Position numbers and translations under genes: made by a program. Below, in pieces: positions 1 to 7,985 of a DNA stretch of 64,000 nucleotides (positions within the stretch are counted from its first letter, which is position 1; each line of letters begins with the position of its first letter). Under the pieces are notes generated by a model. It worked only from the letters and a program-made list of their open reading frames with translations. It ran no database searches and was not told where the DNA came from. The DNA is taken from NCBI GenBank assembly GCA_043806035.1, contig JAZDHK010000033.1:47103-111102 (forward strand), written 5' to 3'. This stretch comes from an archaeon (lineage in GTDB: Archaea > Nanobdellota > Nanobdellia > Woesearchaeales > UBA9642).

Positions 1-1041
1 AGAGGTGTGTTTGAGATCCAGTTCAACTGGATCTTCGTCATCATAGCAGGAGGCGTCATCCTCTTCTTTTTCCTGTCATTGATTAGCAAGCAGAAGGCGA
101 CGAGCGACGAGTCCATCAACCAGGACGTGCTGCGCAGGCTCGACACCATCCTCATCAGCACCGAGCAAGGCTATCAGACGTACAAGGAATTGCATCTTGT
201 CAAGACACAACTGACGTTCACATGCGAGGATACGTCTCCATCGCTGACGACGCAAGGCATCATCAGCAATTTGCAGATAGGCAGCTTCTCTGTTGACACA
301 CCGACGCAGATACTCTTCACGCCACCCTCGCTCAATACGGACACGTTCCAATTATGGACGGACACATGGGACCAGCCGTTCCGCGTTTTGCCCTTTCTCT
401 ACGTGACCGCCCCAGAAGTGTCCTTTTACATCGTCGAAACCACTCCGCCAGATCGTTCGCAGGAAATCTATGAATTACTGCCCGCAAATGTGAGCAAGAA
501 ACTCATCACTGCTGCAGACATCAATTACTTGCCGAACAAGAACGACCAATACAGTGTGGTCATTTTTCTCGATGCAGCAGTCAATCTCGCAGATCCTCTG
601 TATACTCCTTCGCAGCTGAAAGGTGACGTACGGGCAGTCAAGGTGGAATCTACTGGGGATGCTGGTGAGGTGACGTTTTACAAGAAATCGTTTGTGGGGA
701 ATTTTTTCGAAAACGGGACGCTGCCTTTCATAGGCAACGAGATGCTCCTCGGGTCGATAGTGGCTGCGGACGCGCAGGCATACGCGTGCAATGTCAAGAA
801 GGCGCTCGTGCGCTACAAGACCATTACTGAATTGCACCTTGCCCGGGTAATAAACCTGTCTGGCATGACCGATCCTACCTGCATAGGACCGTTGACCGCA
901 GGACGAAGGACGCTCGAGTCCATGAACACAACGCTCAATTTCACAACGTCAGCGTTCCAGATGCTTGATTTATGCAGTACAGATTTGCAGACGAGCAATG
1001 AAGATCTCGTGAGAGGAAGACGATGCCCACTCATCTACTGA
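1..1041 (+). CDS. Type IV pilin-like protein with class III signal peptide, 5'-truncated by the window edge
   Basis: The frame is open from base 1: RG|VFEIQFNWIFVIIAGGVILFFF, i.e. a basic residue and Gly, then a hydrophobic helix and a ~300 aa extracellular domain. Confidence 0.7.
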   Translation, partial: RGVFEIQFNWIFVIIAGGVILFFFLSLISKQKATSDESINQDVLRRLDTILISTEQGYQTYKELHLVKTQLTFTCEDTSPSLTTQGIISNLQIGSFSVDTPTQILFTPPSLNTDTFQLWTDTWDQPFRVLPFLYVTAPEVSFYIVETTPPDRSQEIYELLPANVSKKLITAADINYLPNKNDQYSVVIFLDAAVNLADPLYTPSQLKGDVRAVKVESTGDAGEVTFYKKSFVGNFFENGTLPFIGNEMLLGSIVAADAQAYACNVKKALVRYKTITELHLARVINLSGMTDPTCIGPLTAGRRTLESMNTTLNFTTSAFQMLDLCSTDLQTSNEDLVRGRRCPLIY

Positions 1042-1505
1042 AGAAAGGACAATTGCAAATGCTCGAAAGCATAGGTGTCATCATCATCATAACCTTCCTC
1101 ATCTTCTTCAGCTTCAGCATCTACCAACGATTCCATGCCAGCGAGATAGCCAGGAAAAATCAGCAGCAGAACCAGCTTTCTGCCATCGATGTTGCAAATA
1201 GGATAGGGGAACTGCCAGAACTGCAGTGCAGCCACGTCGATGTTGTTACTGTAGGCTGTTTTGACCTGGTGAAAGTGCAAACCTTCGCAGCATTCGCAAC
1301 GTCTCCAGCATTCAGGCTCATGTACTATCCCCTCTTGAGGGAGAGCAGCATTACCGTCTACGAGACGTATCCTTCCCCACACAACTTCACCATCTACGAG
1401 CAGAATGCCACGAACACCAGCATACCATTCTTCATGCCTATAACTATCTACCACCCGCAAGAGCGAACGTATGGCTTCGGCTACATCGAGGTGCTCAAGG
1501 AATGA
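1023..1505 (+). CDS. Type IV pilin-like protein (class III signal peptide)
   Basis: KKG|QLQMLESIGVIIIITFLIFF motif; overlaps the upstream gene. Confidence 0.8.
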   Translation: MPTHLLKKGQLQMLESIGVIIIITFLIFFSFSIYQRFHASEIARKNQQQNQLSAIDVANRIGELPELQCSHVDVVTVGCFDLVKVQTFAAFATSPAFRLMYYPLLRESSITVYETYPSPHNFTIYEQNATNTSIPFFMPITIYHPQERTYGFGYIEVLKE

Positions 1506-1987
1506 AAGCACAGATGGAAATCATGGGGTTAGCTGTCATCGTCGTCCTCATTGCCCTGGGCATTTTCATCTTCATCGGATTGTCGGCACGGTTCGGCGAG
1601 GTCAACCAGATTGTGAAACCCGAAGCGTACAATGACGAGCGTCTAGCGACGACGTACGTTGATGCGCTCCTTCGAACATCCGTCCCTAGCTGTCATGCCT
1701 TGCATGTCGATGAACTGCTTCGCGACTGCGCCTTGAATAACAGGACGTGCGGTGCTTTGGGTAGTTGTGAGCTCGTGCAACTCGTCATCGAAAATGTCAC
1801 CAACGCCACGCTGGACGTGTGGGGGAAGAACTATTCCTTGAACGTCACGTATCCGTTGGGCACGAAAGGGATAAGCTTCAGCAAAGGACCTCCTTGCGTG
1901 CGAAGGTATGGTGTGGAGCCGTACACGGTGAGACTTCATCCGTTTCCGGGAGATGTGCTTGTAGAATTGTCCCTCTGCAAAAAATGA
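1502..1987 (+). CDS. Type IV pilin-like protein (class III signal peptide)
   Basis: MKA|QMEIMGLAVIVVLIALGIF; ATGA overlap with the previous gene; 6 Cys. Confidence 0.8.
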   Translation: MKAQMEIMGLAVIVVLIALGIFIFIGLSARFGEVNQIVKPEAYNDERLATTYVDALLRTSVPSCHALHVDELLRDCALNNRTCGALGSCELVQLVIENVTNATLDVWGKNYSLNVTYPLGTKGISFSKGPPCVRRYGVEPYTVRLHPFPGDVLVELSLCKK

Positions 1988-2033
1988 TGTGCTAAGAACA
2001 AACAATATAAACGTGTACGTCGGTTGAATCATT

Positions 2034-2129
2034 ATGACTATCGGTTTTTGGGCAAAGTTGCTCTTCATCTGCATCGTCTTGGGAGCACTCATCGTTATGA
2101 CAATAAAACTCGTGGGCATATTTTCGTGA
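2034..2129 (+). CDS. 31-aa single-helix membrane micro-protein in the pilin array (absent from the ORF track)
   Basis: Reads MTIGFWAKLLFICIVLGALIVMTIKLVGIFS. An AT-rich TATA-like box (aatataaa) lies ~25 bp upstream and the ORF ends 4 bp before the next ATG. Confidence 0.5.
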   Translation: MTIGFWAKLLFICIVLGALIVMTIKLVGIFS

Positions 2130-2133
2130 ATGC

Positions 2134-3060
2134 ATGGAAACTAAACCTTTGGCAACGGTTATTATGGCAGTCATCATAGCCGTGCTACTCTTAGGGATGC
2201 TTGCATACTCTATCGCTACTATCAAGAAGTTTGAGGACAGGGACAAGTGCAGGCTCACCTCGTGGGCGCAGGCGAACAGCCAATACCAGCCAGGCATTGC
2301 AGGCATCATTCCAGGACCAAAGTTCGATTTAGGATTACGCCAAGACTGCCCAACCTATTACGTGACGTTCACCAAGGACAAGGTCACGGAGAGGAAAAGC
2401 AACAGCGACGACACGGAAGTGCTCAGCGTCTATGACAGCACACGGGGGAAACTGGTACAAAAGTACAAGCAGCTCACACCAGACATGGTCAACAGCGTCG
2501 TCGCAGAACAAATGCGTTACTGCTACTACCAGTTCTGGGAAGGCAAAGTGCCTGTCTTTTACAACAAGTATACGGACATCAATGTTTTATCAACGATTGC
2601 ATTCGGTGTTGTTGGTGTTGCACTGACCCATGCGAACAACGTCCGCTGCTTTCCCTGTGCGGAATTGCACTTCAGCGACAGTGTTGATTATGACTCAAAC
2701 AAAGGCAGTGGTCTGTCCGTGCAAAACCTTCCAGAAACACAACTCCCCCCTTCTGAAAATACGGCAAGCATAGGCTATTATTTGGTCAACAGGAAAGGCA
2801 AGAACATGAACAGCACGTATTTTGATTATTTGAACAGCTACAACGGCTACTGCCAACTTACGACGGGCAAGCAGGGAAGCTGCCTGGCTGAAGAGCTCAA
2901 TGACATGGACATAGATCCCTATCTCGTGCTGGAAAAAGACAAGTACTACAAAGTCTTGCTTATCAGGAGGGGAGAGGAACGGGACGAGTACACCATAACA
3001 TCGTATGTTGTCCCTGCTGATCGGGAAGCAAAGATATGCACGGAGGGCATGGTGTCATGA
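2134..3060 (+). CDS. Pilin-like membrane-anchored protein without a basic leader; paralogue of 3057..3941
   Basis: N-terminal helix METKPLATVIMAVIIAVLLLG; shares the AE(Q/E)MRxCxxxFxxG...CxPC pattern with the next gene. Confidence 0.65.
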   Translation: METKPLATVIMAVIIAVLLLGMLAYSIATIKKFEDRDKCRLTSWAQANSQYQPGIAGIIPGPKFDLGLRQDCPTYYVTFTKDKVTERKSNSDDTEVLSVYDSTRGKLVQKYKQLTPDMVNSVVAEQMRYCYYQFWEGKVPVFYNKYTDINVLSTIAFGVVGVALTHANNVRCFPCAELHFSDSVDYDSNKGSGLSVQNLPETQLPPSENTASIGYYLVNRKGKNMNSTYFDYLNSYNGYCQLTTGKQGSCLAEELNDMDIDPYLVLEKDKYYKVLLIRRGEERDEYTITSYVVPADREAKICTEGMVS

Positions 3061-3941
3061 AGGCACAAATAAGCAGTCTCTTGCTCGTCACCATTGTCAC
3101 GATACTGACCTTGCTCGTCGTGCTGCTCGTCATGTCCGGCATATTCTCGAGCACGAATGATGCCTTTGCGTACAAGGACTGCCAGGCGAGCGTGGAAAAA
3201 TTCATCGCCCGCACAAAATTGACGAAAGATTACACGACGGCGAGCATCACGTGCAGGACGAGAACGGTGAATGTACGCGCCACTGATCAGGAACAGGTGA
3301 AACGGCAACTTGCGGAGGAAATGCGCAGCTGCTGGTCAACATTCAAACAAGGTAATGTACGGTTCTTCGTTGAAGAGGGCACGTACTGCCACCCCTGTGC
3401 TATTGTCAATTTTAATAAGAGAATGAAACCGATTACTGATTTCAATGCGTACTTGGCGCAAAGGAAGATGACGAGCAGCAACCTCACGTATGCGGCTTAT
3501 TTTATAGGTTACAGCACGCCTGGAGGACAGGAATTAGCAGTCTTCACAGATAATGCAAGTTTTGGAAATGCTCTTCTCCTTGATCCGCAGAAGCATTATG
3601 TCGTGCTGTTCCACCACATGATGGGCATGGAAACCATACGACAATTCAAAGAAAGAATAGGCGGTGAGACGAACGCAGTATTTTTAGGCATTGGAGCGGG
3701 GGGTGCCGCTGCTGGAGTTGTGGGTATTATTCTTGTTACTGCAGGAGTTGTTTCTGGACCCATAGGCTGGATCATCTTGGGCGCAGGCATGGTCATAGGG
3801 GGGGTGATTGCAGACATTTGGGGAGACCCTCCAGAATGGGTGAGCAGCATCATGCTTATAGAATACAAGCCGGGAGAACTCGAGAGGCTCGGCTGCCAAT
3901 TTGATGAAGTGCAGCAGGACATGTTCGGCAACCTAAACTAA
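3057..3941 (+). CDS. Type IV pilin-like protein with a C-terminal glycine-zipper hydrophobic hairpin
   Basis: MKA|QISSLLLVTIVTILTLLVVLLV at an ATGA overlap; contains GIGAGGAAAGVVGIILVTAGVVSGPIGWIILGAGMVIGG. Confidence 0.75.
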   Translation: MKAQISSLLLVTIVTILTLLVVLLVMSGIFSSTNDAFAYKDCQASVEKFIARTKLTKDYTTASITCRTRTVNVRATDQEQVKRQLAEEMRSCWSTFKQGNVRFFVEEGTYCHPCAIVNFNKRMKPITDFNAYLAQRKMTSSNLTYAAYFIGYSTPGGQELAVFTDNASFGNALLLDPQKHYVVLFHHMMGMETIRQFKERIGGETNAVFLGIGAGGAAAGVVGIILVTAGVVSGPIGWIILGAGMVIGGVIADIWGDPPEWVSSIMLIEYKPGELERLGCQFDEVQQDMFGNLN

Positions 3942-3975
3942 ACATTTATAAAATTAGTTCACGCCTTGCACGGGC

Positions 3976-4113
3976 ATGCATGGCCAGAAAAGCACTTTGA
4001 AGGAGATGATCGTTCTTGCAGCGGTGATTATCATTTTCATCATCATTTTGTCGTTTTTATTCAAGGACAAGGTTTCCAACCTGGTCGATAGCATCATTTC
4101 CGTATTCCACTAA
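3976..4113 (+). CDS. 45-aa minimal pilin-like protein (absent from the ORF track)
   Basis: Reads MHG|QKSTLKEMIVLAAVIIIFIIILSFLFKDKVSNLVDSIISVFH. TATA box tttataaa at ~3945-3952; the stop lies 2 bp before the next ATG. Confidence 0.65.
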   Translation: MHGQKSTLKEMIVLAAVIIIFIIILSFLFKDKVSNLVDSIISVFH

Positions 4114-4115
4114 CT

Positions 4116-4913
4116 ATGAAAGGACAACTCAACAAGCAACTGTTGGGCTTCATCATGCTAGCCATTGCAATCATCATGGCATACTTGTTGCTCACGCACG
4201 GCAGAGACTATGCATTCAAGATGCAATACTGGCTCTTCGGACCACCATCCGACGATGATGATCGTGCACACTACTATTTTGATCGCATGGCAGAATTCCT
4301 CGAGAGCTCCGCAGTGACGGACGATTTCTCGAAAAAATTGCCAACAGAGGTACCTTGCCTGCTTTCACGGTATGCGTACGATGAGGACAAGCCGCTCTCG
4401 AGCAAGTACTTCTTCAGCGTCGACTATGAAGGGCCTGCAGACAACCAGCAGGGCAACAAGGCATACGTCTTGCACATGCACGTGCAAACGCCATCAGGCT
4501 TCATTGATAATGCCTCAAAAAGACTGGGCGTGCAGACGTTCAGGTATAGGTGCTCTGCAATCGAGCCAAAAGTGAACAGACCTCCCGTCATGCTCGCGCA
4601 GGACGCATTCCTTTGTGGAGTGAACCCCCCTGCACGGTACATACTTCTCCCGGACCAGCACGTTGCAGGTATGCCGTTCCTGCAGGACTACGCCCAAATA
4701 AACAAGACCACGAACACGTACTACTTTTCCCGCTACCCTTCATTGTACATCTTTGCAGACACGGCAAACCCTGTTGAAGAGGACAAATACCGATCCTACT
4801 TTTACGTCTTCGACCCCGCAGACAGCATGTACAAGGCAAGCTCGACTCGAGACAGCATACTGCGCAGCCTGCAAGAGATTCCCTCCTGCACGTTCAAGAA
4901 GCGGAAGACGTGA
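4116..4913 (+). CDS. Type IV pilin-like protein
   Basis: MKG|QLNKQLLGFIMLAIAIIMAYLLL followed by a globular domain. Confidence 0.7.
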   Translation: MKGQLNKQLLGFIMLAIAIIMAYLLLTHGRDYAFKMQYWLFGPPSDDDDRAHYYFDRMAEFLESSAVTDDFSKKLPTEVPCLLSRYAYDEDKPLSSKYFFSVDYEGPADNQQGNKAYVLHMHVQTPSGFIDNASKRLGVQTFRYRCSAIEPKVNRPPVMLAQDAFLCGVNPPARYILLPDQHVAGMPFLQDYAQINKTTNTYYFSRYPSLYIFADTANPVEEDKYRSYFYVFDPADSMYKASSTRDSILRSLQEIPSCTFKKRKT

Positions 4914-4928
4914 CTGCGGCCGCAGCAT

Positions 4929-4945
4929 CCGAAACCTTTAAATAG
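4929..4945 (+). promoter_or_regulatory. Archaeal BRE-TATA promoter for the small Cys-rich pilins
   Basis: ccgaaacc-tttaaata upstream of the SD-like gaggtga and ATG 4988. Confidence 0.6.
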
Positions 4946-4987
4946 TGAAAGAGCGGCTGTATTTCTAAAAGTTTCGAGGTGACGGTT

Positions 4988-5242
4988 ATGAAGAAAGGTG
5001 TGGAACTTTCTATGAATGTCATCATCATTGCAGCAATAGCACTCGTTGTTTTGGTGATATTGGTGGTGCTTGTCCTAAACAGCGCAGGGCCTGTGGCGGA
5101 CACGAACAAGTGTGGCGCGGGGCAAGGCATGTGCATCGGAGAAGGCGATGAGTGTGGTGACGGCTACATCGTGCAGCCGTTGAGCAACTGCCCGACAGCA
5201 ACGCCGAAATGCTGCGTACCCTTTGGCGGCGAGCAGCAATAA
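4988..5242 (+). CDS. Small type IV pilin with a C-terminal six-Cys beta-defensin-like module
   Basis: MKKG|VELSMNVIIIAAIALVVLVILVVLV, then C-x6-C-x6-C-x11-C-x6-CC; GAGGTGA ribosome-binding site. Confidence 0.8.
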   Translation: MKKGVELSMNVIIIAAIALVVLVILVVLVLNSAGPVADTNKCGAGQGMCIGEGDECGDGYIVQPLSNCPTATPKCCVPFGGEQQ

Positions 5243-5252
5243 AGGTGCAAGC

Positions 5253-5489
5253 ATGAGAAGAGGTGTGGAACTTTCTCTTAATTTTATCATTATTGCGGTC
5301 ATCGTGCTCGTCATCCTGCTCATAGCCATCGTTCTCGTCATCAATGGCGGCACGAGCTTCAATAGGGACACGAAGACCTGCACGTCAAGAGGAGGACAGT
5401 GCATTCCGGGAGGGGACAGTTGCCCTTCTGGCTCGATACCTGTTCCTGGCGTAGAGGGATGTGACGGCAGCTGCTGCCTCGGGGCATAG
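5253..5489 (+). CDS. Small type IV pilin with a six-Cys beta-defensin-like module (tandem paralogue)
   Basis: MRRG|VELSLNFIIIAVIVLVILLIAIVLV, then C-x6-C-x6-C-x12-C-x3-CC; shares the DNA aggtgtggaactttct with 4988. Confidence 0.8.
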   Translation: MRRGVELSLNFIIIAVIVLVILLIAIVLVINGGTSFNRDTKTCTSRGGQCIPGGDSCPSGSIPVPGVEGCDGSCCLGA

Positions 5490-5492
5490 CTC

Positions 5493-5629
5493 ATGAGGAG
5501 TACAGAGCTGGCGATGAACAGCATCGTCACCATGGCCGTTGCTGCCTGTCTCTGTTGTTCATCTACTCAGGTGATGGTTCAATTAACGAATGCTGCATAT
5601 CAGGTGAGAGTTGTTGCATAGACATATGA
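5493..5629 (+). pseudogene. Frameshifted, internally shortened third copy of the small pilin
   Basis: Starts MRSTELAMNSIVTMAVAA. A second frame continues LSLLFIYSGDGSINECCISGESCCIDI*, and its TGA overlaps the next ATG (5626). Confidence 0.55.
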
Positions 5630-7320
5630 AGAAAGGCATGGCTGCCCTGGAGTTTGTCGGCTACTTGCTGCTGATGCTCGTGGTCATTCTAGTAGCGATG
5701 TATCTCATCAATGGAGGAATAAGCATGTTTGGCATGGCTACCGGCTGTGAAGGGCAGAACGGCGTGTGCAAGGAATCCTGTGGTGAGAATGAACGAACGG
5801 TCATTTTCTTCAAGGGCTGTCCCCCGTCTGATGACAGGGCAGATAAGGAGAAGAAGCACTGCTGCGCCCCGCAAAAAGAAGATCAGGAAGGAGGCAGCGA
5901 GAGTGATGCGAAGTGCAAGAACCAAAATAATGGGTACGCCTGCGGCAATGGCACGCTCAGATACGGCAATAGAAACATTCCCTTCGTTTCCATGGTGTGC
6001 TTAGACCAGAAATGCGTGCCTCGCTGCGACTTTTGTGCAAGAGTCCTGGGCAGCGATACTGTTTGCAATCCGCTGCCAGGCGTGAATCAAGAAGTCACGT
6101 TCACTGATGCTTTCTCGTGCAGAGCCATGGAAAGTCCTCTGGATTGTGATGCACTCAACCTGCATGGTGACTGCATCAGAGGCTTCTGCCCGGGTGACAC
6201 GTACTGTGCAAAACGAGACGGCAATGGAGCGAGAGATGGTGAATTGTACATCCGCTATTCCGACCAGCCAGAATACTGTGCGGGAGACTGCGCCTTGCCT
6301 GGCACAATCGTGATCGTCGGTGACCCATTACGCCTCACCGTCAGTTACTCTGGACCGGACAGGAAGCTCTGCGCGGTAGATGTACTCAGAGAGGATGGGC
6401 AAGCCAACAAATTCGTCAGGCAGTTCACACCAGCATGCAGGAACGTTTCCTTAGATAATGGTCCATGCTCATTCAGGTGGGTGTTTGAATGCGGAGGAGA
6501 TGCACCTGCATTCGTGCTCGAGAATGACCCATTGCAGTTTCTAGTGAACAGTTCAGAATATGAATTGTTGAAGAATGTGCCCTTGCGTATCGATGTCATC
6601 GCCTATAATTGTGACGTCAGCGATAAGCAGGGCAACGTCCAGACGAGTCCTTGCCAGGACAAGGGAAGAAACGAATTAGCCCACGCCCGCATTTCTCTCG
6701 ACTTAATGAAGCCGTCATCTGCAGAGCTGCGCAAAAGAAATCCCATAATCACCATAGCATCATCCAATCCATCGACGAAATCCTGCATTGTTACCTGCAA
6801 GAACTCATTGGGGGAGCAGTGTGGGCCGCTGAACTACCTGGGTGTGGGTGCAGGAGAGCAGTGTGGGGAGAACTTGAACTGGGAGGGAAATTTGCCCACA
6901 CTAGCCTACAACAAGTGGAACGAACAGCCAATAGACAGAACAGCAAACCCTGTATTGTGCTTCAGAGGCAGGCTCACGAGCAACCCGCTCTTCGTTAATT
7001 ACACGACAGACCCTAACGGGTGTGAGCGGTTCTTCTACCAGAAAGTAGCGGAGGAGCAAGTGTGCCTGTGGAACAGCTGTGCACAAATTTCTGATGCTGC
7101 ACAATGTGAAGACACGCTCAGCCAAGGCTGCAGCTTCAGCTGTATTTGGGATAATGTGAAAAAGACGTGCCGGCTGTGCAGCACGCCCGAAACCCAATGC
7201 AAGTACATCAGAGACAGGGCTGCCTGTGATGCTGCAGCAGAAAAGTGCGGCATGCAATGCCACTGGCGGCGACGATTCCTGTTCCTGCCTGACACGTGCG
7301 AGCCGGGGCCGAGACCATGA
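5626..7320 (+). CDS. Large Cys-rich pilin-like adhesin (defensin-like module, Cys-rich and beta-rich domains, C-terminal Cys/Trp repeats)
   Basis: MKKG|MAALEFVGYLLLMLVVILV; C-x6-C-x3-C-x12-C-x13-CC; dozens of Cys. Confidence 0.75.
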   Translation: MKKGMAALEFVGYLLLMLVVILVAMYLINGGISMFGMATGCEGQNGVCKESCGENERTVIFFKGCPPSDDRADKEKKHCCAPQKEDQEGGSESDAKCKNQNNGYACGNGTLRYGNRNIPFVSMVCLDQKCVPRCDFCARVLGSDTVCNPLPGVNQEVTFTDAFSCRAMESPLDCDALNLHGDCIRGFCPGDTYCAKRDGNGARDGELYIRYSDQPEYCAGDCALPGTIVIVGDPLRLTVSYSGPDRKLCAVDVLREDGQANKFVRQFTPACRNVSLDNGPCSFRWVFECGGDAPAFVLENDPLQFLVNSSEYELLKNVPLRIDVIAYNCDVSDKQGNVQTSPCQDKGRNELAHARISLDLMKPSSAELRKRNPIITIASSNPSTKSCIVTCKNSLGEQCGPLNYLGVGAGEQCGENLNWEGNLPTLAYNKWNEQPIDRTANPVLCFRGRLTSNPLFVNYTTDPNGCERFFYQKVAEEQVCLWNSCAQISDAAQCEDTLSQGCSFSCIWDNVKKTCRLCSTPETQCKYIRDRAACDAAAEKCGMQCHWRRRFLFLPDTCEPGPRP

Positions 7321-7985
7321 GGGGAGAGGCAACACATGATCAAGTGATAGGGTTCATCATACTTGTCTTCATCCTGGTGGCTGTTGTTTTTGGCATTTAT
7401 TGGAAATTCTTTCACAAGAGCGAGCAGCAAATAGCTGACTTAGAAAGTTGCGGAACGTTCAGCATCGTCGTCGCTGGCGACAGCCTGACGCGGCCAGGAG
7501 AATGCATTGTTGGAAAATGCCCGACGGACAGGCAATACAAGCAAGTGCCTGGAATGTGCGATCCAGGAATGGTGTGCTGTGTGGATCAATCATTGGAAAC
7601 GGATGTTCCTGTGCTCATGTACCGGCTCAAGGGAGAGGATACTCGGAAGTACAAGCCAATGCAAGGCAGCATAAATCTCGAAAAGGGCAAGAAATACGTC
7701 TTCAAGATGCCACAGCTCACCGAGCAGCAGGATGCAGTATCGTGTGCAATCACCATGTACGAAGTCGATGATTTTGAGCAATTGCCCACGCAAGAGGGAG
7801 GCAATGACAACAGCGCCAGAGACGAGCGCATTGACTGGGCAAAAAACAACTGCATTGAGAATGCGACAACATGGATGGATATAATCTTTCCCGAAGAGGC
7901 CAATTATTTGCTGTTCATCAAGAGTATTGACTCCTCAGGGGAGGAACTCGTCGTTGAGCCTGTTGAGCTGAGCGTGGTCTCGTGA
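7317..7985 (+). CDS. Pilin-like protein with a six-Cys defensin-like module and a C-terminal beta-rich domain
   Basis: MRG|EATHDQVIGFIILVFILVAVVFG; C-x17-C-x4-C-x12-C-x5-CC; ATGA overlap. Confidence 0.72.
   Translation: MRGEATHDQVIGFIILVFILVAVVFGIYWKFFHKSEQQIADLESCGTFSIVVAGDSLTRPGECIVGKCPTDRQYKQVPGMCDPGMVCCVDQSLETDVPVLMYRLKGEDTRKYKPMQGSINLEKGKKYVFKMPQLTEQQDAVSCAITMYEVDDFEQLPTQEGGNDNSARDERIDWAKNNCIENATTWMDIIFPEEANYLLFIKSIDSSGEELVVEPVELSVVS

Noticed and set aside
4988-5489. Calling the Cys modules secreted antimicrobial defensins
   Set aside because: They are fused to pilin helices, have no visible release site and are not cationic. Only the Cys pattern is supported.
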